Origin: Lytechinus pictus
Taxonomy: Eukaryota
NCBI RefSeq assembly: GCF_037042905.1
Contig: NC_087245.1
Coordinates: forward strand, 42,906,001 to 42,970,000
Reading direction: 5' to 3'
Length of the DNA: 64,000 nucleotides
The notes under the pieces were generated by a model that was given only the letters and a program-made list of their open reading frames with translations, ran no database searches and was not told the origin of the DNA. Every line of letters starts with the position of its first letter. The first letter of the stretch is position 1. Below are positions 11,005-24,525 of this stretch, piece by piece. A program made the position numbers and the translations under genes.

Positions 11005-12710
11005 TTCATTCTCTTTGCGGACGACTCTAACTTATTTTTTCCACATAAAAATCCTCTTCACCTTGCTAATATAATCAACTCTGAACTAGAAAATTTCACC
11101 CAATGGATAAGAGCAAATAAATTGTCACTTAATCTTCAAAAAACTAAATATATGTTGTTTAGCAACTCTATAAATACACTTCCTGTTGATATCATTTTGG
11201 ATGGAACTCCCTTGGAAAATGTATCCCATATTAAGTTTTTTTGAATAACAGTCGATAATAAGCTCTCATGGAAATTCCACATAGATAACATATGTAAAAC
11301 TATTTCACGCAACATTGGTATAATTAACAAGCTTAAATTTTGTTTACCATTATCGTCCCTGCTTACATTATATTCATCCCTTATATTGCCTTATTTAAAT
11401 TACGGAATTTTAGCGTGGGGGTAATACACAACAAACACTCTTAGACAAATTACTCCTATTACAAAAGAAGTCTCTTCGTATCATATGTCACACAGCATAT
11501 TTGTCTCATACTGACCCATTATTTTTTAACATAAAATATTGAAAATTAAAGACTTATATTTGTTTAACCTCGGTCAGTTTTTGTATAACTATAACAACAA
11601 CCTCCCAAATGTATTTAATTCAATGTTTCCAAAAAATCAATCCATTCATAACTATCCAACAAGGCGATTGGGTGAATTCCATTTACCACTTTTAAGAACT
11701 TTGCGGGCACAGAACACATTTATATATGATGGACCGAAGTTATGGAACTCACTTCATAATGATATAACAAATGCAAAATCTTTGAACTCTTTTAAGACTA
11801 AATTCAAATTATCTCTATTAAAATCTTATAATATTTAATATAATTAAGTCTAAATCATCATCTCTGGCAAGTCATCATTATTACTAGAAAGACTATAATT
11901 AAAACATAAAATAATCATTATCCTTTTTTTATTGAAAAAAAAATCTGACACAAGTCCTTCTCAGATGTGCTCGCTATTGAACCTCATACATTATTGTGTC
12001 TATCCTCTCCTCTATTTTCTCTTTCTTTCCTGTCCGCTTATCCGCCTTCCTACCGGTAATTTTTTTTACGGCATCAATCACATTTTTCGTGCATTATATT
12101 CTTTCCAGGTTATTTTATATATTTTTCTCCTTTTATACACATCATTGAATCCAGTTTGCTGGAGTCCACGATGGCATGTGTTCTACCTACGTCCAGCAGC
12201 ACCCATCTATTTTCTCAGGGCATTCTCCCCTTTTTTTCTTCTCTTTTTCTGGGGGGGGGGTGGGGTAGGGAAGGGCGGATATAATTATTTTAGGACGGGT
12301 TGTTTTGTCCTATATCTAACTATATTTTTTGATAACTTCGTTTTTATTTTGTGAGTATTATTTCTCTCTCATTATTTTTTTTCTCATTTGATTACATATA
12401 TCTGTATTTGTACTTTGCTATTTTGTTATTTGTTGTGTTATCTATTTTTTGAGGGGCCCACATTGTACAAGCATTGCTTTTTAGTGGGTCCCTCCATTTC
12501 CATCTTAATTTAATTTCTATTGAAAAATAGTATACATATTTAAAACCTACAGTGTGTTGCCCAAATTGTCTAAGTGTTTCTTTTACAACATATGTATTAT
12601 TAATTTTTCTTTTGCAACGGATACAAATATTTATGTTTATATATGGTAGACAATTTGTTTCTGTTTGATGGAAGTGAAGTAAATAAATTCGAATTTGAAT
12701 TTGAATTTGA
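11005..12710 (+). mobile_element. 5'-truncated, frameshifted LINE (CR1 group, L2/Crack-like), copy 1
   Basis: RT FADDS motif and C-terminal ORF2 pieces nearly identical to the 24885-27339 copy. 3' UTR stem-loop GAGGGGCCCAC...GTGGGTCCCTC, then AATAAA and a (GAATTT)3 tail. Confidence 0.9.
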
Positions 12711-13239
12711 AAGAAAAGAAAAAAAGAAAAAGAAGGGGAAATACAGAAGGAAAAAAGGAATTAGAGGAAAATAAGAGGAGGAAGACGAGTGAATAAAATA
12801 ATGTTGTGGGAAGACTTGCAAAACAAAAAATCTTTCATGTTACTAAATAAAATTTTCGCTCGCGCTTCGAGCTCGAATTTCCTGTTCGATGAGATTCATA
12901 TCTTGCTCAAAAGGCTGATATGGACTTAAAATATCAATTTTTGAAGTCAATATACAAAACATATTTCATCTCGGACATCGAGCTGTCATTATTTTTTCCA
13001 TTTACAAATTTAATGCACTCTGTAACAATAAATGTCCGTTAATATGGTCTACATAACGTTTTAAGCTCACGCTCCGTGGTCGCATTATTTGATTTGCCAA
13101 GTTCCTATTGCCTTCGTGTATTCCATAAAGTTATCAAAATATCCATTTTCAGACAGATGTGACTGTCAAAACGTAGGCCGATAAGTTAGCGCTGCGCGCT
13201 CGCATTTGATTGGTGAGTACTCTCTCAATTCTATATTAA

Positions 13240-15715
13240 AGGAGAAATATATTGAAAATCGTAAAAATGGAGAATCATATATCAAATCAAAGGAGAAAAT
13301 AAGGAGAACACGATGGTGTACATCATTTATCATGGAGACCGATGGAACTCAGTTAATTGATAATTTAAAGTTCTCTCTCTGAATGCTACAAACACGCAGA
13401 ATTACGTCCGCGAAATTGGGGATTTTTTATGACGTCACTTTCTGTACGAGAGGCGTGATTGGCTCTCCCACGTGAAGCTCCACTTGCATGCAAAACCTGT
13501 TGCGAGGGTACGTTTTCTCCACATTGTCACTGAATACATCGATCACGAAATGAAAGAAAACCCAGAATTTTATCTAGATTTGGATTTTCAAATTGATGAT
13601 TTTGAAGATGAAGAGAATGATGATGAAGTGAATTACAACAAAGTGACGTAGTTGGGGGTAAATTGGGGGAATCGATGATGAGGAGTCGGACAATTCAACT
13701 TGCAACACGATCACATGCCGATTCGCTACCAACTCATGCAGCTGCTAAGTTCTAGCTACACCGCGCGTGCCAAATTGAATTCAAGAAAATGACTTACCAC
13801 ACTGTCCAGACAGAGTCTCTTACTTCTGTGACTATGAAGAAGGAAAATAATGATAAAACTGTACTTACAAATAAGTGAATGTAATCCGAACCTGAAGGCA
13901 AATCAACTCGACGAATAGCAGCAGACGATATGCACCGCGCCGATGATAAACTTCATGTGGCTGGGATAGATTGTCACTCGTTCTGTTAGATGTAATTTTT
14001 ATCTCATTAATTTGACAAAATTACGAAACTCGGGGAATTATTTATCTATATAAAAATATAGTAACATCTCGTATAATTTTTAAATTACGATAAAACGTTT
14101 TTTGAAGGAAAACGTTGAGGTAAATTAAAATTAGATGTAAAAGATCCCCAACATGCGTAGCTTGATTGAGAGCTGTGCAACACGTGCATAGATCTACTCT
14201 CTCAGCCAAGGCGAGCAAGCAATATACGGCATGTTTGTGATTTTGATTACGATCACATACACGAGCTTTTAAAGGGATGGTCCGGGCTGAAAATATTTAT
14301 ATCTTAATACATAAAGTAGAATTCACTGAGCAAAATGCCAAAAATTTCATCAAAATCGGATATCAAATAATAAAGTTATTGAAGTTTAAAGTTTAGCAAT
14401 ATTTTGTGAAAACAGTCATCATGAATATTCATTAGGTGGGCTGATGATGTCACATCTCCACTTTCCGTTTTCTTATGTTATTACATAAAATCATAATTTT
14501 TTCATTATTCCATACTTGTGTAAATAATATGTCTCCCTTATAATGAAATATTAAGTTGCAGCAATAAATATCTAATTCACTAAATCAGTTGTCAATCCAA
14601 TTTTTCTAGTTCTTGGAGGAAAAAATTTGAATAAACCTAATTTCATATAATAAAATACAAAAGAACAAGTGGGGATGTGACATTATCAGCCCACGTAATG
14701 AATATTCATGACGACTGTTTTCACAAAATATTGCTAAACTTTAAATTCAATAACTTTGTTATTTGTTATCCGATTTTGATGAAATTTTCAGCATTTTGCT
14801 CAGTGAATTCTACTCTATTTATTAAGCTATAAATACTTTCAGCCCGGACCATCCCTTTAAAAGGTTTTATCGTAATTTAAAAAATTATACGAGATGTTAC
14901 TATATTTTTATATAGATAAATAATTCCCCGAGTTTCGTAATTTTGTCAAATTAATGAGATAAAAATTACATCTAACAGAACGAGTGACAATCTATCCCAG
15001 CCACATGAAGTTTATCGTCGGTGCATATCGTCTGCTGCTATTCGTTGAGTTGCCTTCAGGTTCGGATTACATTCACTTGTTTGTAAGTACAGTTTTAATC
15101 ATTATTTTCCTTCTTCATAGTCACAGAGGTAAGATACTCTGTCTGGACAGTGTGGTAATTCATTTTCATGAATTCAATTTGGCCCGCGCGGTGTAGCTAG
15201 CACTTAGCAGCTGCATGAGTTAGGTAGCGAATCGGCATGTGATCGTGTTGCAAGTTGAATTGTCCGACTCATCATCATCGGCGTAATTCCCCCAATTTAC
15301 CTCCAACTACGTCACTTTGTTGTTCATTTCATCATCATTCTCTTCATCTTCAAAATCATCAATTTGAAAATCCAAATCTAGATAAAATTCTGGGTTTTCT
15401 TTCATTTCGTGATCGAAGTATTCAGTGACAGTGTGGAGAAAACGTACCCTCGCAACAGGTTTTGCATGCAAGTGGAGCTTCACGTGGGAGAGCCAATCAC
15501 GCATCTCGTACAGAAAGTGACGTCATCAAATTCAAGTCAATTCAGAGACCGATGCGAGGCATATTTCGGAGAGGCATTTTGAGCGTTTTTTAATCGGCGA
15601 TTTTCACCTTATGTATTATTTTCGTTATTTTTGAATGACCCACCGATAATCCCCACATCATTACCTTTCCATTGACATATAATAAGACCACATTCATAAT
15701 CAATATAGTTCTCCT
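13240..15715. mobile_element. TTAA-target (Kolobok-like) non-autonomous element with about 670-bp internal inverted arms
   Basis: TTAA at 13236-13239 and 15716-15719, TIR AGGAGAAATATATTGA / TCAATATAGTTCTCCT, arms about 13429-14102 and 14859-15527. Confidence 0.8.
14273..14856. mobile_element. TTAA-target palindromic MITE (Kolobok-like), nested
   Basis: TTAA TSD (14269-14272, 14857-14860), TIR AGGGATGGTCCGGGCTGAAA perfect, arms about 190 bp. Confidence 0.85.
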
Positions 15716-17070
15716 TTAAGCAAACAAAACCCCAAGCCTTTTCATTACACTAATTATTTAAAAATATTTAGCTCGTATTGCGCTCGCATTAATTGTTAAA
15801 AATGTATTAACCACTGTAATGCGTATTCATAATCACAAAATATTTAAAATTTCTAGTTTTCAAGCCTTAAAAAACCAATAAATTCCACGCTGTCATTACG
15901 CATATTAGATTAACAAATAGGAAAATAACATTTTCATGAATTCCTGATAACTAAATTGGGTCTTTACAGAATGGAATATTGACAAGCTTAAGAATAGTAA
16001 GAAGATAGTCACCATTTTTATATGATGACAAAATGTCCTTAGAATGTCCAGGTCCTTTGTTACAATAATAACAAAAAATATCAGATCGCGCTTCGCACTC
16101 GCATCATTCATTAAGTGTGATCCACATCCACTTCAAAGTTTTCCTACACAGTACTTGGCCCTTTTCAGATCGTAATATTAAATGTTTCAGCTCGCGCTTG
16201 CATTATTGATCTTCATGATTATAAAAATGAATTCAGAATGCCAAGATTTTAGGTCTAAATCTAAAACATGCGCACACATGAGATAGCCTGCAATCCTGCA
16301 TGTTCTTTATTTGAAATATACTTATCCAGTTTTAGATCAGAATATCAATAATTACAATGTATCTGCTCGCGCTTCACACTCGTATTATCAATGATACCCA
16401 ATCATATTTATCATTCACAAAATAGTGTCCCGCTTTTATAGGTCTAAAATCTCAAGTTTCTTCCGCTCGCGCTTCGCGCTCGCATCAATTGTTACATACC
16501 TATCCCATTTACATGTATGATTACAAATAGTACTTAGAATGTCCATTGTTTTAGGTCGAAATGTCAAAAGTTTTAGCTCGCGCTTCGCGCTCCCATTATT
16601 GAAATATGTACCGTATTCGTGGGTAGCTGTAAACAGTCGTTAACAGCTCTGTTTCCGATCATGCTAGAACATTTATTAAAAATATCTGCTCGCGCTTCGC
16701 GTTTTGCAGTAATTATCTAGTTACATACGCATCTTGTTCAGGATCACAAACAGTGCCCAGAATGTTCAATTTTCAGGACAAAATAAATGGAAGATAAAAA
16801 AAAAATCGCTCGCGCTTCGCGCTTTATATAAGGCTTATGAGATTATTTCATATTTATGTTGTTTTATAAGAATAAAGCTAAGAAGTGACTGATCGGGGGA
16901 AATATACATGTTGGCGAAGATAATTTCGGGCTCCACCTCCAGTCGGATCTGCCCTTGTGACATAGTATATATACACACACACACAGAAAAAAAATGTTTC
17001 CCCCCTGAAAAATCAAGGACCCCCCAGTGCCCCCCCCCCCCCAGGAAAAAAAATCCTAGCTTCGCCACTG

Positions 17071-17560
17071 ACTAAGGGCGCCAAATGTTTGAACGGGGGG
17101 AGGCGAATTTATCTTCAACGTAGGGGGCACCGAATCGCTGTTCTACCAAGGGGCGCCGAATTGGAGTTTGATATAGGGGGCGCCGAATTGATGTTCGAAC
17201 TATGGGGCGCCGATGTTCGAACTAGGGGCGCCAAATTGAAGTTCGACATAGGGGCACCGAATTGATCTTCAACCGAGGGGAGGGGGGGGGGGGCGCCGCC
17301 GAAGTGATTGTTCTACCTAGGGGCACCGAGTTGAACTTAAACCTAGGGGGTGCCGAATCGATGTTCTACCTAGGGGCGCCGAAGTGAAGTTCGACATGGG
17401 GGGGGGGGGGGAAGGGCGCCAAAGTGAAATTCGACATAGGGGTGCCGAATCGATGTTCTACCTAGGGGCGCCGAAGTGAAGTTCGACATGGGGGGGGGGG
17501 CGCCGAAGTGAAATTCGACATAGGGGTTCCGAATTTATGTTCTACCGAGGGGCACCGAAA
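17071..17560 (+). repeat. Minisatellite, right part (continuation of 10231-10875)
   Basis: Same TTCGA/TAGGGGCGCCGAA units. Confidence 0.85.
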
Positions 17561-17561
17561 C

Positions 17562-17746
17562 ATTGATTGCATCTATTTGGATTAGAGCAAGGCTTTTGAC
17601 GGTGTCCCACATGCCAGACTGCTGAAGAAAGTAGAGGCCCTGGCATAAAAGGAAATCTGCTTAAATGGATCAAGTCTTTCTTGAGTGGAAGAACACAGCG
17701 GGTTTTGTTAAATGGTACCCCATCAAGTACTTCGGAAGTCACCAGT
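17562..17746 (+). mobile_element. Degraded CR1-type reverse transcriptase fragment
   Basis: Translates IDCIYLD*SKAFDGVPHARLLKKVEA/GIKGNLLKWIKSFLSGRTQRVLLNGTPSSTSEVTS with one stop and one frameshift. Typical non-LTR RT motif, not in the ORF track. Confidence 0.85.
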
Positions 17747-18868
17747 AGCTTAGTAAATTACAGCTTGTGCCTCGCACTTTCATTAATATTTATAATAAGA
17801 TACATATCCTACTAATGATGTCAAAAGGTGCTTAAAATATCCCGGTTTCAATTTAAAATATAATCCTGAACGCGTGCTACGCACTCGCTGAATTTATTTC
17901 GTCCTCATGAAATAACAATTCTTGTTTGTGGAAAAGAATTCTTTTTATAAGTGCTTAAACTTCAGTTATTATGACTTATCCCTCACTAACGAATTTCATA
18001 TTAGCTCTTCCAGCAGACGGCAAGGAAAAATGTAAACAATTCTATGTAATTTTTCTCGCCCAGCCCCCCTCCCTTCCCGCCAACTCTAGATTTTGCTGGA
18101 TCTGCCCCTGTACTTATATGTGTGTGCGCGCGTATGGCAAGCCGTTTTTAAGTTTATTCACATTTTCTGATATCAAGAATTAGATTTCTTGATATCTAGA
18201 ATTCTTTTCTTAATTTCAAGTATTAATTTCTGGATATCAAGAATTCATTTCTTGATATCAAGAATTCATTTTTTTATATCAAGAATTCATTTCTTGATAT
18301 TAAGAATTCATTTCTGATTTCGAACGGAAATGTATTGCAAGAAATCGTTCTGAGTTTCGAACGCAAATGTATTGAACGAATTCACTCTCTGGCACTGTTC
18401 GTTAATGTATTGCAAGAATTCATTGTAATTTTGAGCGCAAATGTATTGCAAGAAATCATTCTGATTTCAAACGCAATTGTATTGCACGAATTCCCTCTCT
18501 GGCACCGAGCGTTAATGTAATGCAAGAATTCATTGTGGTTTCGAACGCAAATGAATTGCACGAATCCCCTCTCTGGTACCGAGCGTCAATGTATTGCCAG
18601 AATTCAATTTGATTTCGAACGCAAATGTATTGCACGAATTCCCTCTCTGGCACCGAGCGTTAATATATTGCAAGAAATCATTGTAATTTCGAACGCAAGA
18701 AAAAAATCCATAAAACGGCCATCAAGTATCAGAAAAATGGGTAAATGAATTTAAGTTCTCCATTTGAAGGTAAGTGGTCAATTAGGGGTCAAAATAAAAA
18801 AAGAGAAAAAGAGATAAGTTTAGATTATAACTTTAAAAAAAAAAATAGAATTATCAATCATTATTAAC

Positions 18869-19593
18869 CCCCCCTCAACGATTACCGCAATATTTTCGCC
18901 GTGCGAAATTTTTTGACCACGCCGCTCGCTAACTTTTTTCAAGTCTTGCGCAACCTTTGAGACCAGTTTTGCGTCACCCGGGTACATGGTTCCGAAATTA
19001 CGCAACATTATGTAAGTGCATGTCAGACCAAAAATTGCTCAAAAACGTGATTTCGTGTACAAAGTCAATGCAAATTGTGTTTTCAACCAAATATCATAAA
19101 TGTAGCATTATTTTTAGTTTTGCTGGTCTAAATGTATTTATTTTATGCTGTTTATGATCTCAAAAGAGTCCCAAACATATTTCATTGAAAGAATAGTGAA
19201 AAACAAAAGGTCAAAAATAAAGAAATACATAAGAAATCGCCAAAACAATATAATACATAAGAAACTGATCTGATCGCAATTCGTTATGTATACTTGCTAA
19301 GAACACCACAAAGAGTTTGTATACCAAAAATTAGAACATTTGGAGCATTACTTAGGGAGATAGAGGGAAAAGTATGATTTCGCATACTTATTACGAATAA
19401 ATTAGCATAATCACTTAATAGCAATTTGCATGAAATAAATTACTCTACATTTTTGTAGATTATGTCCCAGACAACATGTGTGCCGATTTTCGGCGCGATC
19501 GAAATATCAAAGGGTGGGGGGGGGGGGCTGGGAGCCCCCCCCCCCCCCCCCCCCGGCCATATGAACTCCCAAAATACCCCGGCCTAGATACGG
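18869..19593. mobile_element. piggyBac-like MITE remnant
   Basis: TTAA|CCC left end and ...CCCCGGCCTAGATACGG|TTAA right end. Left TIR is incomplete. Confidence 0.4.
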
Positions 19594-19599
19594 TTAAGT

Positions 19600-21010
19600 T
19601 TAACATGGATTTAATGATTTACAGGTATCAGGAATTAGATTACTTAGATTTAAGGTTACTGGTCCAAGGTCAAAGGTCATTTCAGATCTATTAATTTGTA
19701 TAAGAATGTATATTTTGCTCATAATCTTGAAATACTTGCAGTAAATATTGCAGTCAATAAAACTTGTATAAGAGGGTTTTTGGATATCACAAATGATATG
19801 AAATGAAAATAAAGTTTTTAGGTCAAGGTAAAAGGTCATTTGAGGTCAATGAACTTTGGATTTAAGATGAATACCATTTTTCTCTTTTTGAAAAATCATT
19901 CATCTTACATAAAAGGTATTTATTTTTGAAGTCATCACTGCTGCTATATTGAATTATTTAGTGCCGATGATGCTGCCTGAGGCATTCCACTTTGTTTCAG
20001 TTGAAAACAATTGACCCCCAAACAACCTTTGAGTTCCGAGTGACCTGAAATTTCATTCATCAATTTACTTGATAACTTTTTATTTCATGAAATATGTCCG
20101 TCCACTTTCACAGTTTCGATGACACTTTAAATCCTCACCTTATTAAGATTTTAATGTTGATACCACGAACATGGTCGAAGTTCATTGATACTAAATGATC
20201 TTTGGCCTTGATCATGTGACAGTCTGAAACTCATGAATGATGAACAGTGATACTTCGTTACCCATATCATGTTGTGCTATCAACATTTCAGTCTTAACCA
20301 AGGATTATATTTTGAAATGTCATCACGACTGTGAAAATATGAGGACATAATTATTTGATTAATATTACATATAATACAATGTAGTTCTCGCGTATCATCA
20401 AATCAAATGGAATTTCAGGTCATTAGGGCACTTAGAGAAGATCAATGGTCATTTGGGGTCAGTAAACTGTTGTCAAATTATACTTAGTTGAATTCTGACA
20501 GATCGCCTGCAGTACACAAGCCAGTATATACATGGAGCAGCAGTACTGACTTTGAAAGCTACCATACATGATATAACACAAATACTTTTTTTATTTTACG
20601 AAAAGAGAACCCCCCCCCATTAATCTGAAAATAAAGTTTATTGACTTCAAATTACCTTTGACCTTGACTTAAAAAGATGCCTTTTCAATATATATTATTT
20701 GTGATATCCAATACCGATCTCATACAATTAAGTATTTCTGCAGTTAATAAAAAATATATAAATTCTTATCCAAGTCAATTGATCTGAAATGAACTTTGAC
20801 CTTGTACCACTAACCTGAAACTATACTCATCTAATTTCCGATATCTTTAAATGTTATAGGCCTATGCAATTTTGTCGACTTAAACTATCAAAAATATGTC
20901 TAAATATAAAATCCTAAACTTTTTAAAAATATTTTAATTGAGTTGCCCAACGACTGATCAAAGTTCATCGACCCTATTGACCTATGACCTAATCATGTGA
21001 CCTGAATTAC
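19600..21010. mobile_element. Cluster of degraded HINE fragments related to 3136-4028
   Basis: GCAGCAGTACTGACTTTGAAA, GGTCAAAGGTCA and TCATGTGACCTGAA motifs in both orientations. Confidence 0.5.
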
Positions 21011-24000
21011 TCAATAAATGATTGGTAAAAGCGTGTATTACACACTGGATTAACAGTTCCCGTACTGAAAGGCATGTTCAGATCACTTAATTTGCCACAC
21101 TTCATTTGGCCTTTAATGTGAGTTCGGGTCTGGAAATACGTAGATAAAGACAAAAAATATTATAAACAATAATGTATTTTTCTTGAATAAAGTTGATTAT
21201 TTATATACCAATGGATTCCTTGACCTAAGAAATTGTGGTTTCGGTGCCAATATCATGATTTTATGTTACTTAGCGGAAGCCGCGATTTTGTCAAAAACAA
21301 CGTTTTTGGCGGCCATTTTGTAAAAATCCAAGATGGCGGCCATATAGGTATCGGTGCAAATGGAAACATTTTTATTCTGAATCCTTATACAAAAACCTTT
21401 CAAAAAAAATGTATAATTTTTGATTTCTCAAAAAAAAAAATCCGGCGAAATTACATAGTGAAACTGACTAATATCAGAAAATGTGAATAAATGTTAAACG
21501 GCTTGCCATACGCGCGCGCAATTGATTGACCGTGTATTTTGGGAAGGATCATAAATAAAACGTGATTAAAAAGTTCCCTCATTAGTGAAACCTTCACATT
21601 GTCACACCAAAATGTTGTCTCCTTGTGATTTTTGTCGACGCGTTAAATTTTAGTAAATATTTTTAACATTTTTACAAGTCAATCCATGTTTTCATCAATT
21701 CAATCGAGTTTCAGATTTTAACATTTTTGAAATGTCAAAAATTTCGATTTTTACCCTGAACTTTTACACTAACTTGTTACTATTTTTAAAAATCTACTAG
21801 AAGCATCCTACTTGTGGGAAATGCAATTTACGGGATCCATATTGAACGCCATCTTGGAATGGGGGAGGGGGGGGGGGTCATATTCCAATTTTTGTAAGGG
21901 GTACACACAAAACTGTTCTAAGTCAAAAATCGTTAACTTGTCCACCAAATCGAAAATGTGCCGTACAGTACGATCAGGCGCGGATCCAGGATTTCGTATT
22001 TCGATTTCGATTTTGGCGCCCCTGTGTACTTTTCGGGAAAATGGCGGCTCCTCCCCCTCCCTCCCCCAGGCAATCATAAGTGCCTTAAATGCATGTTAAA
22101 TTATCTTATTTCATAGGCACATGAAGAAGAGGCAATTGAATAATGGTTTCATAATGATGTGTTCATGAATAAATGTAATATCACTTTAAAAAAGAATCAA
22201 TGCGAGCGCGAAGCGCGAGCGATTTCTATTTTAACCATTTGATGCTTTCAATCTTGTTTAACTTCTCATCAGAGTAGGCCCTGCTAGAATTATGTGAGTG
22301 GGAGCCAGGCGCGGATCCAGGATTTCTTAGGGGGCCTTCATTTCAAGTCAAGTAATAATCGTGCCAAAATATTGACTCCCATTGCCGAATGGGTCATGTC
22401 TAGTTACTTCACACAGAAACCTCTCTTGCATTGTATAGGCATACTACGTTCTTCTGGGTACTTCCATTTTTTTCTTTTCTACTTTTTTGTTTCAGGGCTT
22501 GAAAAATCTTACGGGGATGACGCCCCTGTATCGCCGGGTACGAACACTGGTTGTGCAATAACTTAATTGCATATTCTGCATGAGAGAAAATTAATGTTTT
22601 ATTTTGGGTAATATATTCTTGAAAAGATATACATGCTTTTTATTATAGAGTTGAGGTAGACTCAGTAGTCAGCACTCAGCATTTACTAATTGGGAGTGCA
22701 CTGCCTACTTAGATCTGTAAGTGTTTGGATATATTATATAATCTTTTCTTATTCGCTTGAAATCCATTCAAAACAGTGAGTTGTATTGTCAATCCTATTC
22801 AACAAACATTGGATCTTCCGCGCTTGCAACAATCATATCAAGTATCAAAAGGTTATTTATGAAATGTATCTTATAATCTTGCTCATATTCTATATACTCC
22901 AAATAGATTTTCAAAAGAAACATAATGGGTGTAAACGGTGTAAATAAAACAAATATAAGATACTAAAGATAAATATGCTGTAAAAATATACTTTATTGGC
23001 AATGTCTATATAAATATGAAAACAATGCTCTTAAGTTCGCATCATTTTGGACGATAAGTTCTTATATCTCTCTTTCATACAATACAAGAAAAACATGAAT
23101 TCCAAGGTCCCATGTATCTTGTATACATCAACTATTTCAAGATGTAACAATAAAAGTAAATGATACCAATGCAGTTTAGGCCTGAGTAAATCCACGTAAT
23201 AGTTTCAGTGGAATTTGTTTTTAAAAATTACAACGTGATTTCCCACTGCAGGTTGGAAACGAAAAGGTGTCGTATCATCAACTGCATCTAGCTGTCTTTT
23301 ACGCATTACTATATACTTGAAACAAAAATATAGGAACGATATAAACCATAGACTTATTTCAGTTATTTGAGTATTTGACGATTCGTCAACAAATAAAAAA
23401 CGCATCCGAAACTTTCACCATTACAATGAAAGTTTCATTTATTCCTTTACATTTTGCAAGTAAACTTCAACATTTCTGTAAATAATATATATTAATATAT
23501 CCATATACAATTAAGTTCACATGGTGGTATGCTGCACATCCTATTTCAGAATATGATATGCGTTGTGGTATGAATGTCTACCCACCTAGAACATGCAAAA
23601 CGTTTACTAGTAACTAGTGACTATACTACTAGACCGATTTTTACTCAAACGGCTTTCCAATAGAGAAATAACAAGAGAACATTCACCTAAGAATATAAAT
23701 CCTCATTTGTTCTGATAAATATCAAGAGTATCAATACAAAATGTAAACAGTGTCAGTATAAAATGTAATTTGAAATTAACAGAAATGTCAAAGAAAATAG
23801 GTTATTCAATCTGCTGAGATCAAAGAATAATACTCTCACTACTGCTAAAGTTATATAATTGTTGGCCGTGTACTCCATTCACCGTCCAATTGAAACATAG
23901 GACCTATATATAATATTATATTCCACTTGTTAACATTATATTTTCCAATCCGTTTGGGATTAGTGGCTTAAGTGTTGCAAGCAATATAAAAACAACAGTT

Positions 24001-24244
24001 AAAATCAGACGCTTCTCATACATTTGTCAAAGTGCAGAGTGCTTCCCTTTATGCAAAAAGAATTCACAACTCTTATTCATATTTTGTTTCTTAGCCTTTA
24101 ATAAACAAGAGCGATTTTTTGTTAGGAATAGAGTTATGGAGTGCTCAGCTCGTGAAGCTCACGAATTACTCATTAAAATATTGACGAATTGCCTACGTGC
24201 CCCCTACTAAAACATGTTACAAAAGTCGCTAGGACAGAACATAA

Positions 24245-24525
24245 TTTTTGTCTCGCCTACATAGCAGAGCGAGACAATAATTGGCGCATCTTTTTGACGA
24301 TGGGGACGGCGTCAACACTGAAATCTTAACCAAAGTAAAGTTTTTGAAATGTCATACTTCATGAAACTTGGAAACAAGGGTAATAAAGTATAACGGAATA
24401 TCCTGACTACGTTTGTTTAAGGTAACATGACCAAGGTCAAAGGTAATTTAGGGTCATTGCAGGCCTGGCCGCCTGGGTCAATGAACTTAGAAAACGTTGG
24501 GAGAATCAACATCGAAATCTTACCA
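24245..24525 (+). mobile_element. 5' fragment of a HINE
   Basis: TTTTTGTCTCGCCTAC...GCGAGAC start, then GGCGTCAACA..AAATCTTAACC and GGTCAAAGG motifs, mirroring 3940-4028. Confidence 0.6.

Larger units (their letters stand above)
10876..17070. mobile_element. hAT-type non-autonomous element (CAGTGGCGTAG TIR family) carrying nested insertions
   Basis: Ends CTGTGGCGTAG / CTTCGCCACTG, TSD ACTAGGGG vs ACTAAGGG (7/8). Body is colinear with the uninterrupted copy at 36301-37690 and has repeated GCTCGCGCTTCGCGCTCGC motifs. Confidence 0.8.
18135..21508. mobile_element. TA-flanked TIR element with subterminal tandem repeats and nested remnants
   Basis: About 40-bp TIR TGGCAAGCCGTTT..TTTATTCACATTTTCTGATAT at both ends, flanked by TA. 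Contains 21-bp (TGATATCAAGAATTCATTTCT) and about 40-bp tandem arrays at 18168-18700. Confidence 0.65.
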
